DNA of 64,000 nt from Nanobdellati archaeon (lineage in GTDB: Archaea; B1Sed10-29; JAGVWA01), in contig JAGVWA010000001.1 in the NCBI GenBank assembly GCA_018304505.1, forward strand, positions 85,960 through 149,959, given 5' to 3'. A model generated the notes under the pieces. The model ran no database searches, had not been told where the DNA came from, and worked only from the letters and a program-made list of their open reading frames with translations. The number at the start of each line of letters is the position of its first letter. Within the stretch, counting starts at the first letter, position 1. Positions 9,694 through 20,199 of this stretch are shown here, one piece after another. Made by a program: the position numbers and the translations under genes.

Positions 9694-11129
9694 TTTCAAA
9701 ACAGCTATTCATAATCGCAGTGCTCCTGATTTTCATTAGCGGAAGCGCAATTCGCGTGGCCCCAACTATTGTTTACGACAAGCCCCTTAAGTACGACTCA
9801 TACTATCACGTACGCGTGGCAGAACTACTTAAAGAAACCGGCAACATTCCCGAAGTTTTTCCATATCCAAAGACGGGCAGGCCCCACCTTTATCCTCCAC
9901 TGTACCACGTCCTGCTCGGGTTTATCAGCTTTGCCATCGGCCTCTCTGTTATCGATTCTGTTCGGTTGCTACTGCCGTTCATGGCGTCCATAATACCGAT
10001 AGGCGTGCTGTGGTTTGCCACAAAACGATATAATTACTCCACCACAGCCCTGCTTGCGATGTTCTTCGTCTCATTCAGCCCCTTCTTTTTAACGTCAAGC
10101 TTCGATTCGCCAGAACTGATCAGCATCTTCATAAGCATCTTTGCAATAAACTATTTTCTCCAAGAAAAGTACATGCAGGCCAGCATGCTCTACGGCGTCA
10201 GCTTCCTGTTCAGCGCACTATCATCAATTTACACCGCAATCCCCCTCGTGATTCTGTTGCTTTCAGAGAAAAATTTCAAAAAAATCGCTATCCTGCTTTC
10301 AATACCTGCCGTTACAATGGCAGCATGGTATTTGCCGAGATTTGAGCTACTGTACGCATTCGACAATTCCTTCGGCACGATCTTTGTAGAAAAAACGATA
10401 GACTTCTGGACCAAATTTTACACGCCATTCATTGTTGGCTCTGTCATCTCGGCCTTTGCGCTGTTCAATTTGCAAATGGACAGGACAAGGAAGCTTTGGA
10501 TCATCTGGACGCTGTTCTTCATCACTGTATTCTTAACGCATTTCGTGACGCCGGCGTTCCACCCCTGGCGCATGCCCATCTACCTGAACCTCGGCTTTGC
10601 ATTCCTGTTAAGTGACACACTGACACATAATCGGCACAGGCTCAAGTCCCTATTTGCGATCTTCTTCGTCCTTTCATTCTTCTTGATAAGCATGAACGTA
10701 TACGAGTCAAGGATACTCAAGCCCCCATTGCCGAATAATGAGTACGACATGATCTCGTGGATTGACAAGAGCATCCCGAATGACAAAAACGTCCTCTCGG
10801 GCTACGTGTTCTGCAGTAACTTAATGACGTTCAGCGACAACAATTGCCTCCTCGATACGTATTTTGAAAGCATTCCAAACAAGACTGCGTGGTTCGATTA
10901 CGAAAACTTCTTCTGGAACTCGAACATCCAATTCACGCAACGTGTTTTCGATAACTATGACATTGACTACATAGCGTTTTCAAGCCAGGACTGGGGGCAA
11001 GAGCTCGTGAACGACTTTGACTCAGAAAAACTATACGCGACGTGGGAGTGCAAACTCAATTGTCTTCGTGATGCCTCGGTGTACAAGCTTAATAAGCAAA
11101 ACGGCACAGTGAAATACTTAGGTGGTTAA
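9690..11129 (+). CDS. GT-C/STT3-like membrane glycosyltransferase
   Basis: YDSYYHVR and YPPLYH motifs, about 11 TM, soluble C-terminal domain. Confidence 0.65.
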   Translation: MISKQLFIIAVLLIFISGSAIRVAPTIVYDKPLKYDSYYHVRVAELLKETGNIPEVFPYPKTGRPHLYPPLYHVLLGFISFAIGLSVIDSVRLLLPFMASIIPIGVLWFATKRYNYSTTALLAMFFVSFSPFFLTSSFDSPELISIFISIFAINYFLQEKYMQASMLYGVSFLFSALSSIYTAIPLVILLLSEKNFKKIAILLSIPAVTMAAWYLPRFELLYAFDNSFGTIFVEKTIDFWTKFYTPFIVGSVISAFALFNLQMDRTRKLWIIWTLFFITVFLTHFVTPAFHPWRMPIYLNLGFAFLLSDTLTHNRHRLKSLFAIFFVLSFFLISMNVYESRILKPPLPNNEYDMISWIDKSIPNDKNVLSGYVFCSNLMTFSDNNCLLDTYFESIPNKTAWFDYENFFWNSNIQFTQRVFDNYDIDYIAFSSQDWGQELVNDFDSEKLYATWECKLNCLRDASVYKLNKQNGTVKYLGG

Positions 11130-11145
11130 AGACGGTGATCGAAAA

Positions 11146-12615
11146 ATGAACAAGAAAATATTGTGGATATCCCTAGCATTTCTGATACTCTACTCCACGC
11201 CGCAACTACTGCGCGACGTGTACCTTGACGGAAACCTGATAGGCTTCACCACATATTTCCACGAACGCTCTGCAGAGAACCTTTTGCAGGGACAATTCTA
11301 TGATAACCTTAGCTTTGGAGGCAGGCCGTACACATACCCCCCTGGATTCCACGTGCTCCTAGCCCTGTTAATGCCAATAGGCAAATACCTAGTTCCATTG
11401 TTCGGCGCCATCGGAATAGTTGTTTGTTATTTCTTCAGCAAGCAGATAGGGCTGAGCGAAAAAGAGGCAACCCTTGCATCGGTTTTCCTTGGAATAATTC
11501 CAGGGTTCTTCTACTTGTCTAGCCACATCAATCCAAGGCTGCCGGCACTGGTTGCGCTTGTTGCGGCGTTTTACTTCCTGCAGAAAACAGAAATGAGAGA
11601 CAAACTCGCCGCAGCATTGCTCTTGTCATTTGTTTTCCTGCTGCACCCATTGGTTGGCTTCACTGGCCTTGTTTTCGGCGCAGTCCTGTTTAACAAGAAC
11701 AAAATCGCCATTCCGTACGCAATCGCCCTTGGCGCATTCGCATTATGGTTTATCCCTTTCACTTACGCCAATGGTCTTCCGATGCCGAGCGAGTTCTACA
11801 GCAACTACTCTGAATTGCAGCGCGGGGTTCAATACTTTATTTACGAAACAGGCACAGCTGGCGACAGCGTCGGCATAATAATGCTTGCCATCGCAGCTTT
11901 CGGCTTGTTCAAGGTCTCTGGGAAAGAAGAGCGGACCATTGCACGGTGGTTCGTTCTCGCCGTTGTTGCAGCATTGGTGCTGGGAAATAGGCTTGATGAA
12001 CAAATCCTGTTCCCGACAGCGATTTTGATGAGCATTGTCATTTCCAGGCATTTAGCTGACTTTGAAAAATCATTCAACCTGAATAAATTCATAGCCCGAA
12101 GCAAGTTAAAGATGCTCTTCAGCGTGTACTGCATTGGCCTTGTTGCCGCGGTTTTCATCAACATGACGACTTTCATGCCCTACCAGAATGACTACCATGC
12201 GTTGCAGTGGATCAAGCTCAACACCCCGCAGGACGCGGTCGTGGCGAGCGCGTGGGAACTGGGGCACTGGGTCACTGGAATCGCAGAGCGAAAGAACATT
12301 ATTGACGCGTATGCAGAGTATGCGCCTGAAATTGACGAGCGCTACAAGGATGTGCAGAACATCTTCTTTTCATCCGATGTTGATGAAGTGCTCCCCATCC
12401 TCAGGAAATACAACATAACATACATATACTATCGCGTAACTGAACTAAACCACTGTTCGGGCCTGCCGTTCCTGACAAGATCAGGGTACTTAGACACGGT
12501 TTTTCAAGAGGCGTCTGCTGATGGCAGATCAACAAGCTTAGTTTTCAAGATTGAGTATAGTGGTACCAACGCAAAACAAGACCTGTGCAGCTCATTAATA
12601 GCTTCAAGCAAATAG
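11146..12615 (+). CDS. GT-C/AglB-like membrane glycosyltransferase
   Basis: YPPGFH; C-terminal WIK.NTP.DAVVASAWELGHW resembling WWDYG; KYNITYIY. Confidence 0.65.
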   Translation: MNKKILWISLAFLILYSTPQLLRDVYLDGNLIGFTTYFHERSAENLLQGQFYDNLSFGGRPYTYPPGFHVLLALLMPIGKYLVPLFGAIGIVVCYFFSKQIGLSEKEATLASVFLGIIPGFFYLSSHINPRLPALVALVAAFYFLQKTEMRDKLAAALLLSFVFLLHPLVGFTGLVFGAVLFNKNKIAIPYAIALGAFALWFIPFTYANGLPMPSEFYSNYSELQRGVQYFIYETGTAGDSVGIIMLAIAAFGLFKVSGKEERTIARWFVLAVVAALVLGNRLDEQILFPTAILMSIVISRHLADFEKSFNLNKFIARSKLKMLFSVYCIGLVAAVFINMTTFMPYQNDYHALQWIKLNTPQDAVVASAWELGHWVTGIAERKNIIDAYAEYAPEIDERYKDVQNIFFSSDVDEVLPILRKYNITYIYYRVTELNHCSGLPFLTRSGYLDTVFQEASADGRSTSLVFKIEYSGTNAKQDLCSSLIASSK

Positions 12616-13683
12616 TTCTTCAATAGCAACAGTTGCATAGCTGCCCTTAGGCAACTCGAATTGTACGACCTTGTATTCCTGAGTTGACTCGAGCACGTTG
12701 AAGTTTCTCAATTCGACATACAGCGCCCTTCTGTGGCCCTTTGAGGAAAGCTCTTTTAGCTCGCGAATTTCGAACGCCCCTTTTTCCAAACCGTGCTTTT
12801 CGAAAACTTCCCGTTCGAGGGGATTCATAAACTTTGTCTGCGAGCCAAACAGCGGGCCGTCTGTGTAATTCAGTTTTCGTTCAATAACAATGTCCAAGAA
12901 CTCATTGAAGAGCCTTGACTGGAACGCATGCACAAACATCTTCTTTATGCGCCTCGGCAGGCTGTTTATCGCCCCTCTGAAATCCCCCGGGTTCGCGTCA
13001 AGATATCCAAGTAAGGTGCGCTCGTATTTCAAATGCATTGGGTAGTACTGCAGCGCCCCGTGGAAGTCTCCCCAATTATCTACAAGTTTGCGCCTCGCGT
13101 CCAGCGATTCTTTTTCCTCTTTTTCATGTATGTCACAGAGATAGATTTTCACGGCCTGTTCATAATTACGCTTTAAGATCTGCCCCCCCACCACGTCAGT
13201 TATAGCCCGGGTTTTTCCAAAGCGCTGCTCTCCAAAGTAGTTTGGTATTTTAGTAACACTGCGCGGTTCTCTTTCAGTGTACACCTTAATCGTGAACTTG
13301 TTGCCTGAGAGATCGCCGAGCATTATTTGGGCATCTGAAAAATAAATGGGCTGCAGTTCAATGTCGCGTATCCGAATGCCTTTTAATTCCCCGATCTTTT
13401 CAGCCGGCAATGATACCCTCTGTGCTGTTACTGCTTTTTTGTCCTTGGTTCCAGCAATGCCGATTTTGTTGTGGCTCATCCTGAGTTGCTTGGCGATGGC
13501 CTTCAGGGCCTGCTGGTTATCCCAGTTTGTTTTTTGTAATTTACAAATTAGGTATTCCCCCTTCGACGTAGAATCAAAGGATTCAGGCGTGTTGATTTTC
13601 ATTACCTGGGCTTGTGGCGTTATCTCCTCTACTATGAAGTCTTCGGGTGACTTCTTGATTTCGTAGGCCTGTTTATCTGGCAT
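12604..13683 (-). CDS. truD: tRNA pseudouridine(13) synthase
   Basis: PEDFIVEE, AGTKDKKAVT, GNKF, NYFGEQRFG, FELPKGSYAT. Confidence 0.95.
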   Translation of the reverse strand: MPDKQAYEIKKSPEDFIVEEITPQAQVMKINTPESFDSTSKGEYLICKLQKTNWDNQQALKAIAKQLRMSHNKIGIAGTKDKKAVTAQRVSLPAEKIGELKGIRIRDIELQPIYFSDAQIMLGDLSGNKFTIKVYTEREPRSVTKIPNYFGEQRFGKTRAITDVVGGQILKRNYEQAVKIYLCDIHEKEEKESLDARRKLVDNWGDFHGALQYYPMHLKYERTLLGYLDANPGDFRGAINSLPRRIKKMFVHAFQSRLFNEFLDIVIERKLNYTDGPLFGSQTKFMNPLEREVFEKHGLEKGAFEIRELKELSSKGHRRALYVELRNFNVLESTQEYKVVQFELPKGSYATVAIEELFA

Positions 13684-13686
13684 GCC

Positions 13687-14406
13687 TTACCACTGCTCTT
13701 TGTGCAATAGGTCTTTAGGGATGCCGTTTTCTTCAAGCATGCTTATCATGGCTTCTGCAAACTGCGGAGAGCCGCAGACGTAGTAATGGCACTCCGCTGG
13801 TTTTTCAACGTACTTCTTGACCATTTCGTAATCTATTCTGCGAGCTTCCCCATCCAGAGTTTCGCCTTCAGCCAAACGGGTAAACGCATTAACTACTACG
13901 ATTTTTTCTTTTGGCACGCCCCTCAATTCCTGGAACTCGGTTTTACACAAGAGCATGTCCTTGTTTTTGCACGAGAAGAAAAAGTAAATCTGCTTTGGAA
14001 AGCCACTTTCCAGTAAGAACTTTGCCATGCTCCTTAACGGCGTTATTCCTGTTCCAGCACCGAGCAGCACCACTGGCCTTGTTTTGTCGTCAAGCAGGTT
14101 GAACTTACCAAATGGCCCATGCACGTTGATTTCTCCACCGATCACGAGTTGATCCTTGAGCTTGTTTGTGAATTTTCCTTCTATGCCTATGATTAGCTCA
14201 ATTTTGTCTGTGACATTTGGTGAGCTGGCTATCGAATACGACCGTTTAAGGTTCGGCTCATCGTCGAAGAACAGCATCACGAATTGCCCGGGAATGAACC
14301 TAAAATCATTAACAGGCAACTTGAGCGTGAATTTGTATACCGTTGGCGCGTCTTCTTCGATCTTCGCGAGTGTGGCTTTCAGAATTCTCGGTTTTGATGA
14401 CTCCAT
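13687..14406 (-). CDS. FAD/NAD(P)-binding oxidoreductase (FNR family)
   Basis: PGQF, RSYSIAS, GPFG, AGTGITP, YVCGS. Confidence 0.9.
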   Translation of the reverse strand: MESSKPRILKATLAKIEEDAPTVYKFTLKLPVNDFRFIPGQFVMLFFDDEPNLKRSYSIASSPNVTDKIELIIGIEGKFTNKLKDQLVIGGEINVHGPFGKFNLLDDKTRPVVLLGAGTGITPLRSMAKFLLESGFPKQIYFFFSCKNKDMLLCKTEFQELRGVPKEKIVVVNAFTRLAEGETLDGEARRIDYEMVKKYVEKPAECHYYVCGSPQFAEAMISMLEENGIPKDLLHKEQW

Positions 14407-14469
14407 ACAATCGTCCGCTCCATTGCCATTTGATTACTTACACGGATTACTTACCTTTTATTATTTACA

Positions 14470-17232
14470 TTACTTGTACCGAAGCATTGCGCCGATTCCG
14501 CCGAAGCCCTGCAGGAACTTCCTCCCAGCTTCTGTTTCCGTTGAAATTATTTCAATCTCCGCGCCGGTTTGTTCAGCAAGTTCAATGAACACATCGACTA
14601 AATCCTTAAGTTCCACTTCCTGTTTTGCATTGCATTCCTTGCAAACGTGGTTCTCCTTGTTGAACTGAAAAACGCTTTTTACTGTTTGCTCCTCAACATG
14701 CCCATTCGTGCACGTCATGGTTGCGCGCTTCCAGTCAATGTCCTCGGACAGCAAAACCAACTTGGCCTGCCCATTTAGTAGGACCTGCTTTACAATCTCT
14801 TCCCCATACACAGCCAAACCTTTTTTGGCGGCCTCCGCGATGAAGTCCTCGACGAGTTTCATTTCCTTGTGTATCTCCAGGTCCTTGATCAGGCCCTCTG
14901 ACATGTTCACTGCTTCCTGAATTCCAAATTCGTCTGTGTAGCCCGTATCGACAATGCCAATGAACTTGGCGGTGATGTTGTTGTGCAGGTTCGAGTTTTT
15001 CGCGAACGCGTGCTTAGTGGGCCCGCTGCCCCCGAGTATGATGCCCGTGATTTTCTCGTCTGCAAAGATCTCATTCATTGATTCTGCGATTTCCTTGAAA
15101 AACAATTCTGCTTGTTCTTCTATTAGGCGATCGAAACGCAGGGCTGAATTGTGTACCACGAGATTGTTGGCTACAAAGGATTCGGTAGCCGGAACCGCCA
15201 AGTCCCAGTACTTTCCTGTTGGGTTTTCAAGCACCTGTTTTTCCTTAACCTCTACCTGCATAAGTTCTGAGGCTCCGATTTTTTCCAGCAGGTTTAGGTA
15301 TGAACGCTCTTCAAAAGACAATAGCTTACCGTGAAGCGCTTTTTTGGCGGCTGAGACAATGTTTTTGTTGTAAACCTTGAAACTGATGTTCCTGTGCCCG
15401 TTCAAAAACCCATTTGCTGCCTGAAACATGGTGGCTTTGAAGCCTAGCCGTAGTAACAGTTCTTTGATGAACCTTCCGCTTACAGGCACTTGGTCTGTGG
15501 TGCTCCTATAAGCCTCGGATAACTTTATCTTCGCTTGTTTTTTGGCGCTTGCAAACCCTATGTGCTCTTTAAAAAGTGCTCTTGAAGTTGGTTCTGAAAT
15601 GTCGATTTCGAATTGGTTTGACTGCGCCTTGACTTTATAGTTTGGCTTTGAGATCACTGATGATATTATGCCAAAGCGCAATAGGAGTAATTGGATTTGC
15701 TTTATCATTAGCTCGTTGGCCATTGCAAGGCAAATTCGTGACCCTCGGCATGAATCCCCTGTTTTTCTGTTGTTGACGTAGCCCTCGCCATCGAATAACC
15801 CTCTGAGGAAACCTTTCAATACCCGGTTTTCTGCCCTCATGATTTTCTCGGGAACGCTTATGGTCTTGCTTTTCTTTTCGAGTTCGGGGAAATTCATAAC
15901 TAAGAAATCCCGGAAGTCGAGGCTGTGGATGGATACGACGTAATGGCCTTTGCTTGGCCTGTTTCTCATCGAGGGTTTGAGGCCTGTGGTTTTTTCAACC
16001 AATGTGCAGTAGTGCCCTGCCACTTGTTTGTCGCCTTCATATAGCCTGATTCTGTTCCGCTCAAGGTTGCCGTCTACGAGCATATACCCGACTAACTGGA
16101 CCAAGTCGCTTGTTAGCGTTTCCTGAGCAATGAAGGGCTCGTACTTCGTCACGTATCTTGAAAAAAAGTCCTCCTTGTCGAGTCCATAAATCGCTAGTAT
16201 CCGTTCTATTGTTGTGTCAAGTAAATCCGCTTTTCCTATCTCAAAGTTAGATAGTGTGGCTTGTGCAATGCCTGCTTTTTCGGCGGCATCCCGCTGAAGC
16301 ATTTTCAGGGATTTGCGTTTGCTTATCAGTTGCTCTCTACCGCTGTTTGTTATTCTATAGACCAGCGGCAGTTGTTGAAGGCTTACAGGCCCTGTGTTGA
16401 CATAAATCTTTCTGACTGACAAAATCATATCCCCTTTTTCGATGTCTGCTGCCTGTTTTGCCCTGATGCCCGTATTGCCTAAGGTGAAGAAATAGTGCTC
16501 GGGTGTGGTGTTGATTTCAAGCTGGGGAGATGTTGTTCTGATAATGTAGGCTTCGTCGCTTGTTTTTGAAAACACTTGCTCGCACTTTTGGCACCCAAGC
16601 TTGAAGTTCACGTTGTCTGAAGACACGACAACGTCGCCCGCCTTCACGTGCTTTAGCGGCAAGATCACGCCATCTTGTCTCTGTATCAGCGTGTCTTCGT
16701 GCAGGCATTGCCCCCCTTTGTGGTGTTTTCCCGGCACTGTGGAGTGCATTTTTTTGATGATGTTTGACTGCTTGCCTTTCATGATCGCCAGGGTCGCCTC
16801 GCGGCGGTCCATTACCACGATGCCGTACTGATCCTTTGCCTCTAAGTATCGCTCTAGGGGCTCTACAAGAAATGTTGAGTCGCAGCGATAGGTCTGAATA
16901 GGTATTGGGTCTTCAGGAGGCACTACTGTAAACACCTCAATTTTGTTGTCGATGCTGCCGGCGAAAATCGCTACGCCGTTCTCTGGCGGTTTATTGACCC
17001 CTTTAAGCATGTGCAGAATCCGCTCCAGGGCAGACTGCACGTTCTTTCTGGTCTGCTTCGACTTGATGTTCGAGGCTTGCCCCATCTCATCGCGCAGTTT
17101 GGCAACTACATCGTTAACATTGTAGCTCGGCGGAATGTAAACACTAATCAACTCTGTGCCCTGCCCGCGTAGCGTTTTCAGGTGCTTGAGCTTCTTCTGG
17201 AACTCGTAGAACTCCCTTGAATGCCGTGCCAT
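14470..17232 (-). CDS. prf1: peptide chain release factor aRF1 containing an intein
   Basis: GTELISVY, NIKS, YRCD, GGQ|...|SALRF, GFGGIGAMLRY; 400 aa after removing the intein. Confidence 0.95.
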   Translation of the reverse strand: MARHSREFYEFQKKLKHLKTLRGQGTELISVYIPPSYNVNDVVAKLRDEMGQASNIKSKQTRKNVQSALERILHMLKGVNKPPENGVAIFAGSIDNKIEVFTVVPPEDPIPIQTYRCDSTFLVEPLERYLEAKDQYGIVVMDRREATLAIMKGKQSNIIKKMHSTVPGKHHKGGQCLHEDTLIQRQDGVILPLKHVKAGDVVVSSDNVNFKLGCQKCEQVFSKTSDEAYIIRTTSPQLEINTTPEHYFFTLGNTGIRAKQAADIEKGDMILSVRKIYVNTGPVSLQQLPLVYRITNSGREQLISKRKSLKMLQRDAAEKAGIAQATLSNFEIGKADLLDTTIERILAIYGLDKEDFFSRYVTKYEPFIAQETLTSDLVQLVGYMLVDGNLERNRIRLYEGDKQVAGHYCTLVEKTTGLKPSMRNRPSKGHYVVSIHSLDFRDFLVMNFPELEKKSKTISVPEKIMRAENRVLKGFLRGLFDGEGYVNNRKTGDSCRGSRICLAMANELMIKQIQLLLLRFGIISSVISKPNYKVKAQSNQFEIDISEPTSRALFKEHIGFASAKKQAKIKLSEAYRSTTDQVPVSGRFIKELLLRLGFKATMFQAANGFLNGHRNISFKVYNKNIVSAAKKALHGKLLSFEERSYLNLLEKIGASELMQVEVKEKQVLENPTGKYWDLAVPATESFVANNLVVHNSALRFDRLIEEQAELFFKEIAESMNEIFADEKITGIILGGSGPTKHAFAKNSNLHNNITAKFIGIVDTGYTDEFGIQEAVNMSEGLIKDLEIHKEMKLVEDFIAEAAKKGLAVYGEEIVKQVLLNGQAKLVLLSEDIDWKRATMTCTNGHVEEQTVKSVFQFNKENHVCKECNAKQEVELKDLVDVFIELAEQTGAEIEIISTETEAGRKFLQGFGGIGAMLRYK
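15148..16707 (-). mobile_element. 520-aa intein with LAGLIDADG homing endonuclease and XRE-type HTH
   Basis: Starts CLHEDT, TPEH block B, LVGYMLVDG and FLRGLFDGEG motifs, ends VVHN followed by +1 Ser. Confidence 0.93.
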
Positions 17233-17327
17233 GCCGATTTCATCTCTGGTGTGTGCGCCTGTGTGCAAAGAAAAGTCTTATATTGGTATTATGGGTTCTG
17301 TTAATTATAAATGTTTCAGGGTATATT

Positions 17328-17993
17328 ATGGTTGTTGTCGTCAGTCTCGGCGGGTCTCTCGTGTTCGACAAGAAACTCGATACTGGCTATTTGAAAAAGC
17401 TGGCTAGGTTACTCCGCGAGTCGAAAAAGCAATACTGCATCACTGTTGGAGGTGGAAAGATTTCCCGAGACTACATCTCTGCTGCGCGGGAGTTCAAGGA
17501 AAACAACTTTGAACTTGACATGATCGCCATTCAACTTACTAAGGCCAACGCGCGCATTGCTGCATCTGCTTTTGGGGGCCTGTTCTTTGACAAGATCTCT
17601 GAGGCCGCGGACTTCATTGCTATTGAGGACAAAACCGTTGTGCTCGGCGGCACTTCGCCTGGGCAGAGCACAGACACTGTCGCAGCGCTGTTGGCCGAGG
17701 ACATTAAGGCAGAGCGCTTTGTCAACCTGAGCAACGTGAACGGGATTTATGATAAAGACCCGAAAAAGCGCGGTGCGAAGCTGATCAAGAAAATGACGCA
17801 CAAAGACTTGACGAAATTTGCTTTTGAGAATGACGAGCGGCAGCCCGGAAAGCACTTCATCATCGACAGCATGGCTGCCAAGATTCTAGAACGGGCCAAC
17901 ATCGAGGGGCACTTTGTCAATGGAAAAAAATGGAAAGACGTGAAGCCTGCCTTGCTGGGCAAGCCTCACAGCGGCACCTTAGTCAAAAATTGA
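17328..17993 (+). CDS. pyrH: UMP kinase
   Basis: VSLGGS, VGGG, PGQSTD.VAA, NVNGIYDKDP. Confidence 0.93.
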   Translation: MVVVVSLGGSLVFDKKLDTGYLKKLARLLRESKKQYCITVGGGKISRDYISAAREFKENNFELDMIAIQLTKANARIAASAFGGLFFDKISEAADFIAIEDKTVVLGGTSPGQSTDTVAALLAEDIKAERFVNLSNVNGIYDKDPKKRGAKLIKKMTHKDLTKFAFENDERQPGKHFIIDSMAAKILERANIEGHFVNGKKWKDVKPALLGKPHSGTLVKN

Positions 17994-18305
17994 GCGTTCG
18001 CTTGCCTGCCATGAACCCATTAAGTCTTGTCTTCCTGCTTCTTTTCTCGAGAAGCCATCCTCGGACCCCCCAATAACAGATCTCGGTTCTTGGCTTAGGT
18101 CAACACCTGACGCGTTTGCGTAGAACGCTGCTGCATCTTCTGACGTAGTTGGGCCTTCCATTCGTGCCGTAAATAATTTGCCTCTACTATCTAACGGTTC
18201 TGGTAGTCGCCTCACGAGACCTATTATCTGCGCGCCATCCCTGTTGCTATCGATAATTACACTTCCCCGTGGGCCTTCCCATTGGTCGTCTTGTTGATTC
18301 CACAT
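17979..18305 (-). CDS. small orphan protein, MW-start group (MWNQQDD..., 108 aa)
   Basis: GGAGG SD upstream of ATGTGG; fills an intergenic gap. Confidence 0.6.
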   Translation of the reverse strand: MWNQQDDQWEGPRGSVIIDSNRDGAQIIGLVRRLPEPLDSRGKLFTARMEGPTTSEDAAAFYANASGVDLSQEPRSVIGGSEDGFSRKEAGRQDLMGSWQASERSIFD

Positions 18306-18435
18306 GCTGTATTCCTCCACACTGTTGATTTTTTGATTTATTTTACAGAATCGTAGCTAGGGTGAGCTTTCTGTAATAAAATTAAACTTCTCTTGTATTT
18401 AAACATATCGGAGATATCGGGATTTGCCGACATCG

Positions 18436-19383
18436 CTAGGCTTGTAGCGCTTTTAAGGCCTCGTCGGGCAACAAAATGGGCTTTTTGTAGTTCTTCCAGT
18501 CATCGATGACTATTCTTGGGCAGGCGGTAATGACAAAGGCGTCGTATGGCAAATACTCGATTACCTGGGGGCTGACGTGCTCGAGCTCGATCAAGGCTGA
18601 ATTGGGGAGTTTTTCCTTGACCCTCTCAGCCGTGGCCATTAATCGCTGGCCCGGCTTGGTTGAAATGATGATTCCAAACGACTTGGCGTTGAAGGCCTTG
18701 CTTATCCGGAGGTATTTTTCCTTCTCCCATGCCCCGCTCTCAAGTTCCTCGACTTCCCCGCTATACGGGTTGGCCTGAATCACTGGTTTTTTGGCCCAGT
18801 TCTCGATACCGAGGCTGTGGAATTTTCCTGAGCCTATGAAGAGAAATGAATCGACTTGTTCTTGGATCTCTATTGCAGCGCTTACGTCGCACCCCAGCAC
18901 CTGCCCTGAGGCTGTGGCGCGCATAATGTCGCCGTTGGCGAAATTCTCACGCTGCTTGCCGCGGCTTAATACCGGAACTTTGCCCCTATTTTTCAAAAAT
19001 TCCTGTACCTCGTTAAGTTGGTGAATGTGCTGCGAAGTCGTCAAAATGCCGATTTTTTGGCCTTTTAATACTGGAAGTGCCTTCTCGAGCAGTTCATCAA
19101 TACGAGATTGATAATGGCAAGGTATGTAGAGCACGTTGTCATTTGTTTTTATGAATTCGTTGTGGCCAAAGTGCACGGTCAGGTCGTAGCCGGTCTTGAT
19201 GTCGCACGCGCCATAGCAGGGGTCGCTTTGCAGTATCAACATGGCCCCTGTGTCCTCTAGCGCCGTGGAGATGCCAGGGAATTCGCTCTTGAGGCCCTCC
19301 GGCAGCTGTACAAGCACGCGTTTCGCCTTATCTTGCAAGATTCTGGCTTTCACCTTGTCGAGTTCGAAATTGTACTGCCCCAT
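18436..19383 (-). CDS. dph2: diphthamide biosynthesis enzyme Dph2
   Basis: QLPEGLK, PCYGACD, QVLGC, TACPR. Confidence 0.93.
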   Translation of the reverse strand: MGQYNFELDKVKARILQDKAKRVLVQLPEGLKSEFPGISTALEDTGAMLILQSDPCYGACDIKTGYDLTVHFGHNEFIKTNDNVLYIPCHYQSRIDELLEKALPVLKGQKIGILTTSQHIHQLNEVQEFLKNRGKVPVLSRGKQRENFANGDIMRATASGQVLGCDVSAAIEIQEQVDSFLFIGSGKFHSLGIENWAKKPVIQANPYSGEVEELESGAWEKEKYLRISKAFNAKSFGIIISTKPGQRLMATAERVKEKLPNSALIELEHVSPQVIEYLPYDAFVITACPRIVIDDWKNYKKPILLPDEALKALQA

Positions 19384-19559
19384 TATATCCCATTAAATTT
19401 GCAGAACTGAGATGCGTATCAGAGTGCTTTTGTCGTCATTCTCTCCAATGTTGGAGATCGGTGGTTGTTCATTTCATCATCTACGCATATTATTTGCAAC
19501 GAATTGGTATATAAGGCTTGCGACACCCCTGCGCAGGGAATTTCCGCTCAGTGAAGCGT

Positions 19560-19955
19560 TTAGCACCTGAAACCGAAAATGCGCGAGGCATTACTCAAGA
19601 AATACCACGAGTCAGGCGACATGTTGGCTATGTTGATAATCTGCGGTGGGTCGCTTTTGTTCTGCACCTCAAAAACATCGAAGCCAGACGCGTTCAGGGT
19701 AATGTTCACCATGGCCCCCAGGTCGCGGTTGGTGTAGACCGTAAAATGAACTTGGTCTATGTCCTCAAAACCCATGTTCTTGATCCAGATAGATGAGCCG
19801 TTGCACTTGTCAACCCTGATCTTGACAGCCTCCAAATTCGGGCTCCGCTGCTCCAGAAATGCGGGTATCGTGAACACGGTGATGATGAGTATTATTGTGA
19901 AACTGAGGGCTGCTATAAACATGTAGCTCATTAGCGGCGTGATGGCTTTTCTCAT
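19560..19955 (-). CDS. type IV pilin-like protein
   Basis: Class III signal peptide RKA|ITPL plus hydrophobic helix. Confidence 0.6.
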   Translation of the reverse strand: MRKAITPLMSYMFIAALSFTIILIITVFTIPAFLEQRSPNLEAVKIRVDKCNGSSIWIKNMGFEDIDQVHFTVYTNRDLGAMVNITLNASGFDVFEVQNKSDPPQIINIANMSPDSWYFLSNASRIFGFRC

Positions 19956-20043
19956 GCCAGTATAACGTAGCAGTCATTAAAAAGCCTTCGCCGTGGCATT
20001 GTTACCGTGGTGTTGTTGCCGTAGGCGTTGTTGTATTGCATGC

Positions 20044-20199
20044 CTACCATGGGTCTTCGTCAGAGAGCCTATCAAGGATTGATCCTCTGCTGCCGCCAAT
20101 GCCCCGACATTCTTTAGGGTCCAGCACAACGTACTGAAAGGCGGGCTTCGCCTTCTTTCCCGATTCTCCCGTTGTTTCTGGTTCTTGCTGATTCCACAT
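20044..20199 (-). CDS. small orphan protein, MW-start group (MWNQQEP..., 51 aa)
   Basis: GAGGTGA SD and CGAAAGGTTTATAAA promoter; not in the ORF track (<60 aa). Confidence 0.55.
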   Translation of the reverse strand: MWNQQEPETTGESGKKAKPAFQYVVLDPKECRGIGGSRGSILDRLSDEDPW

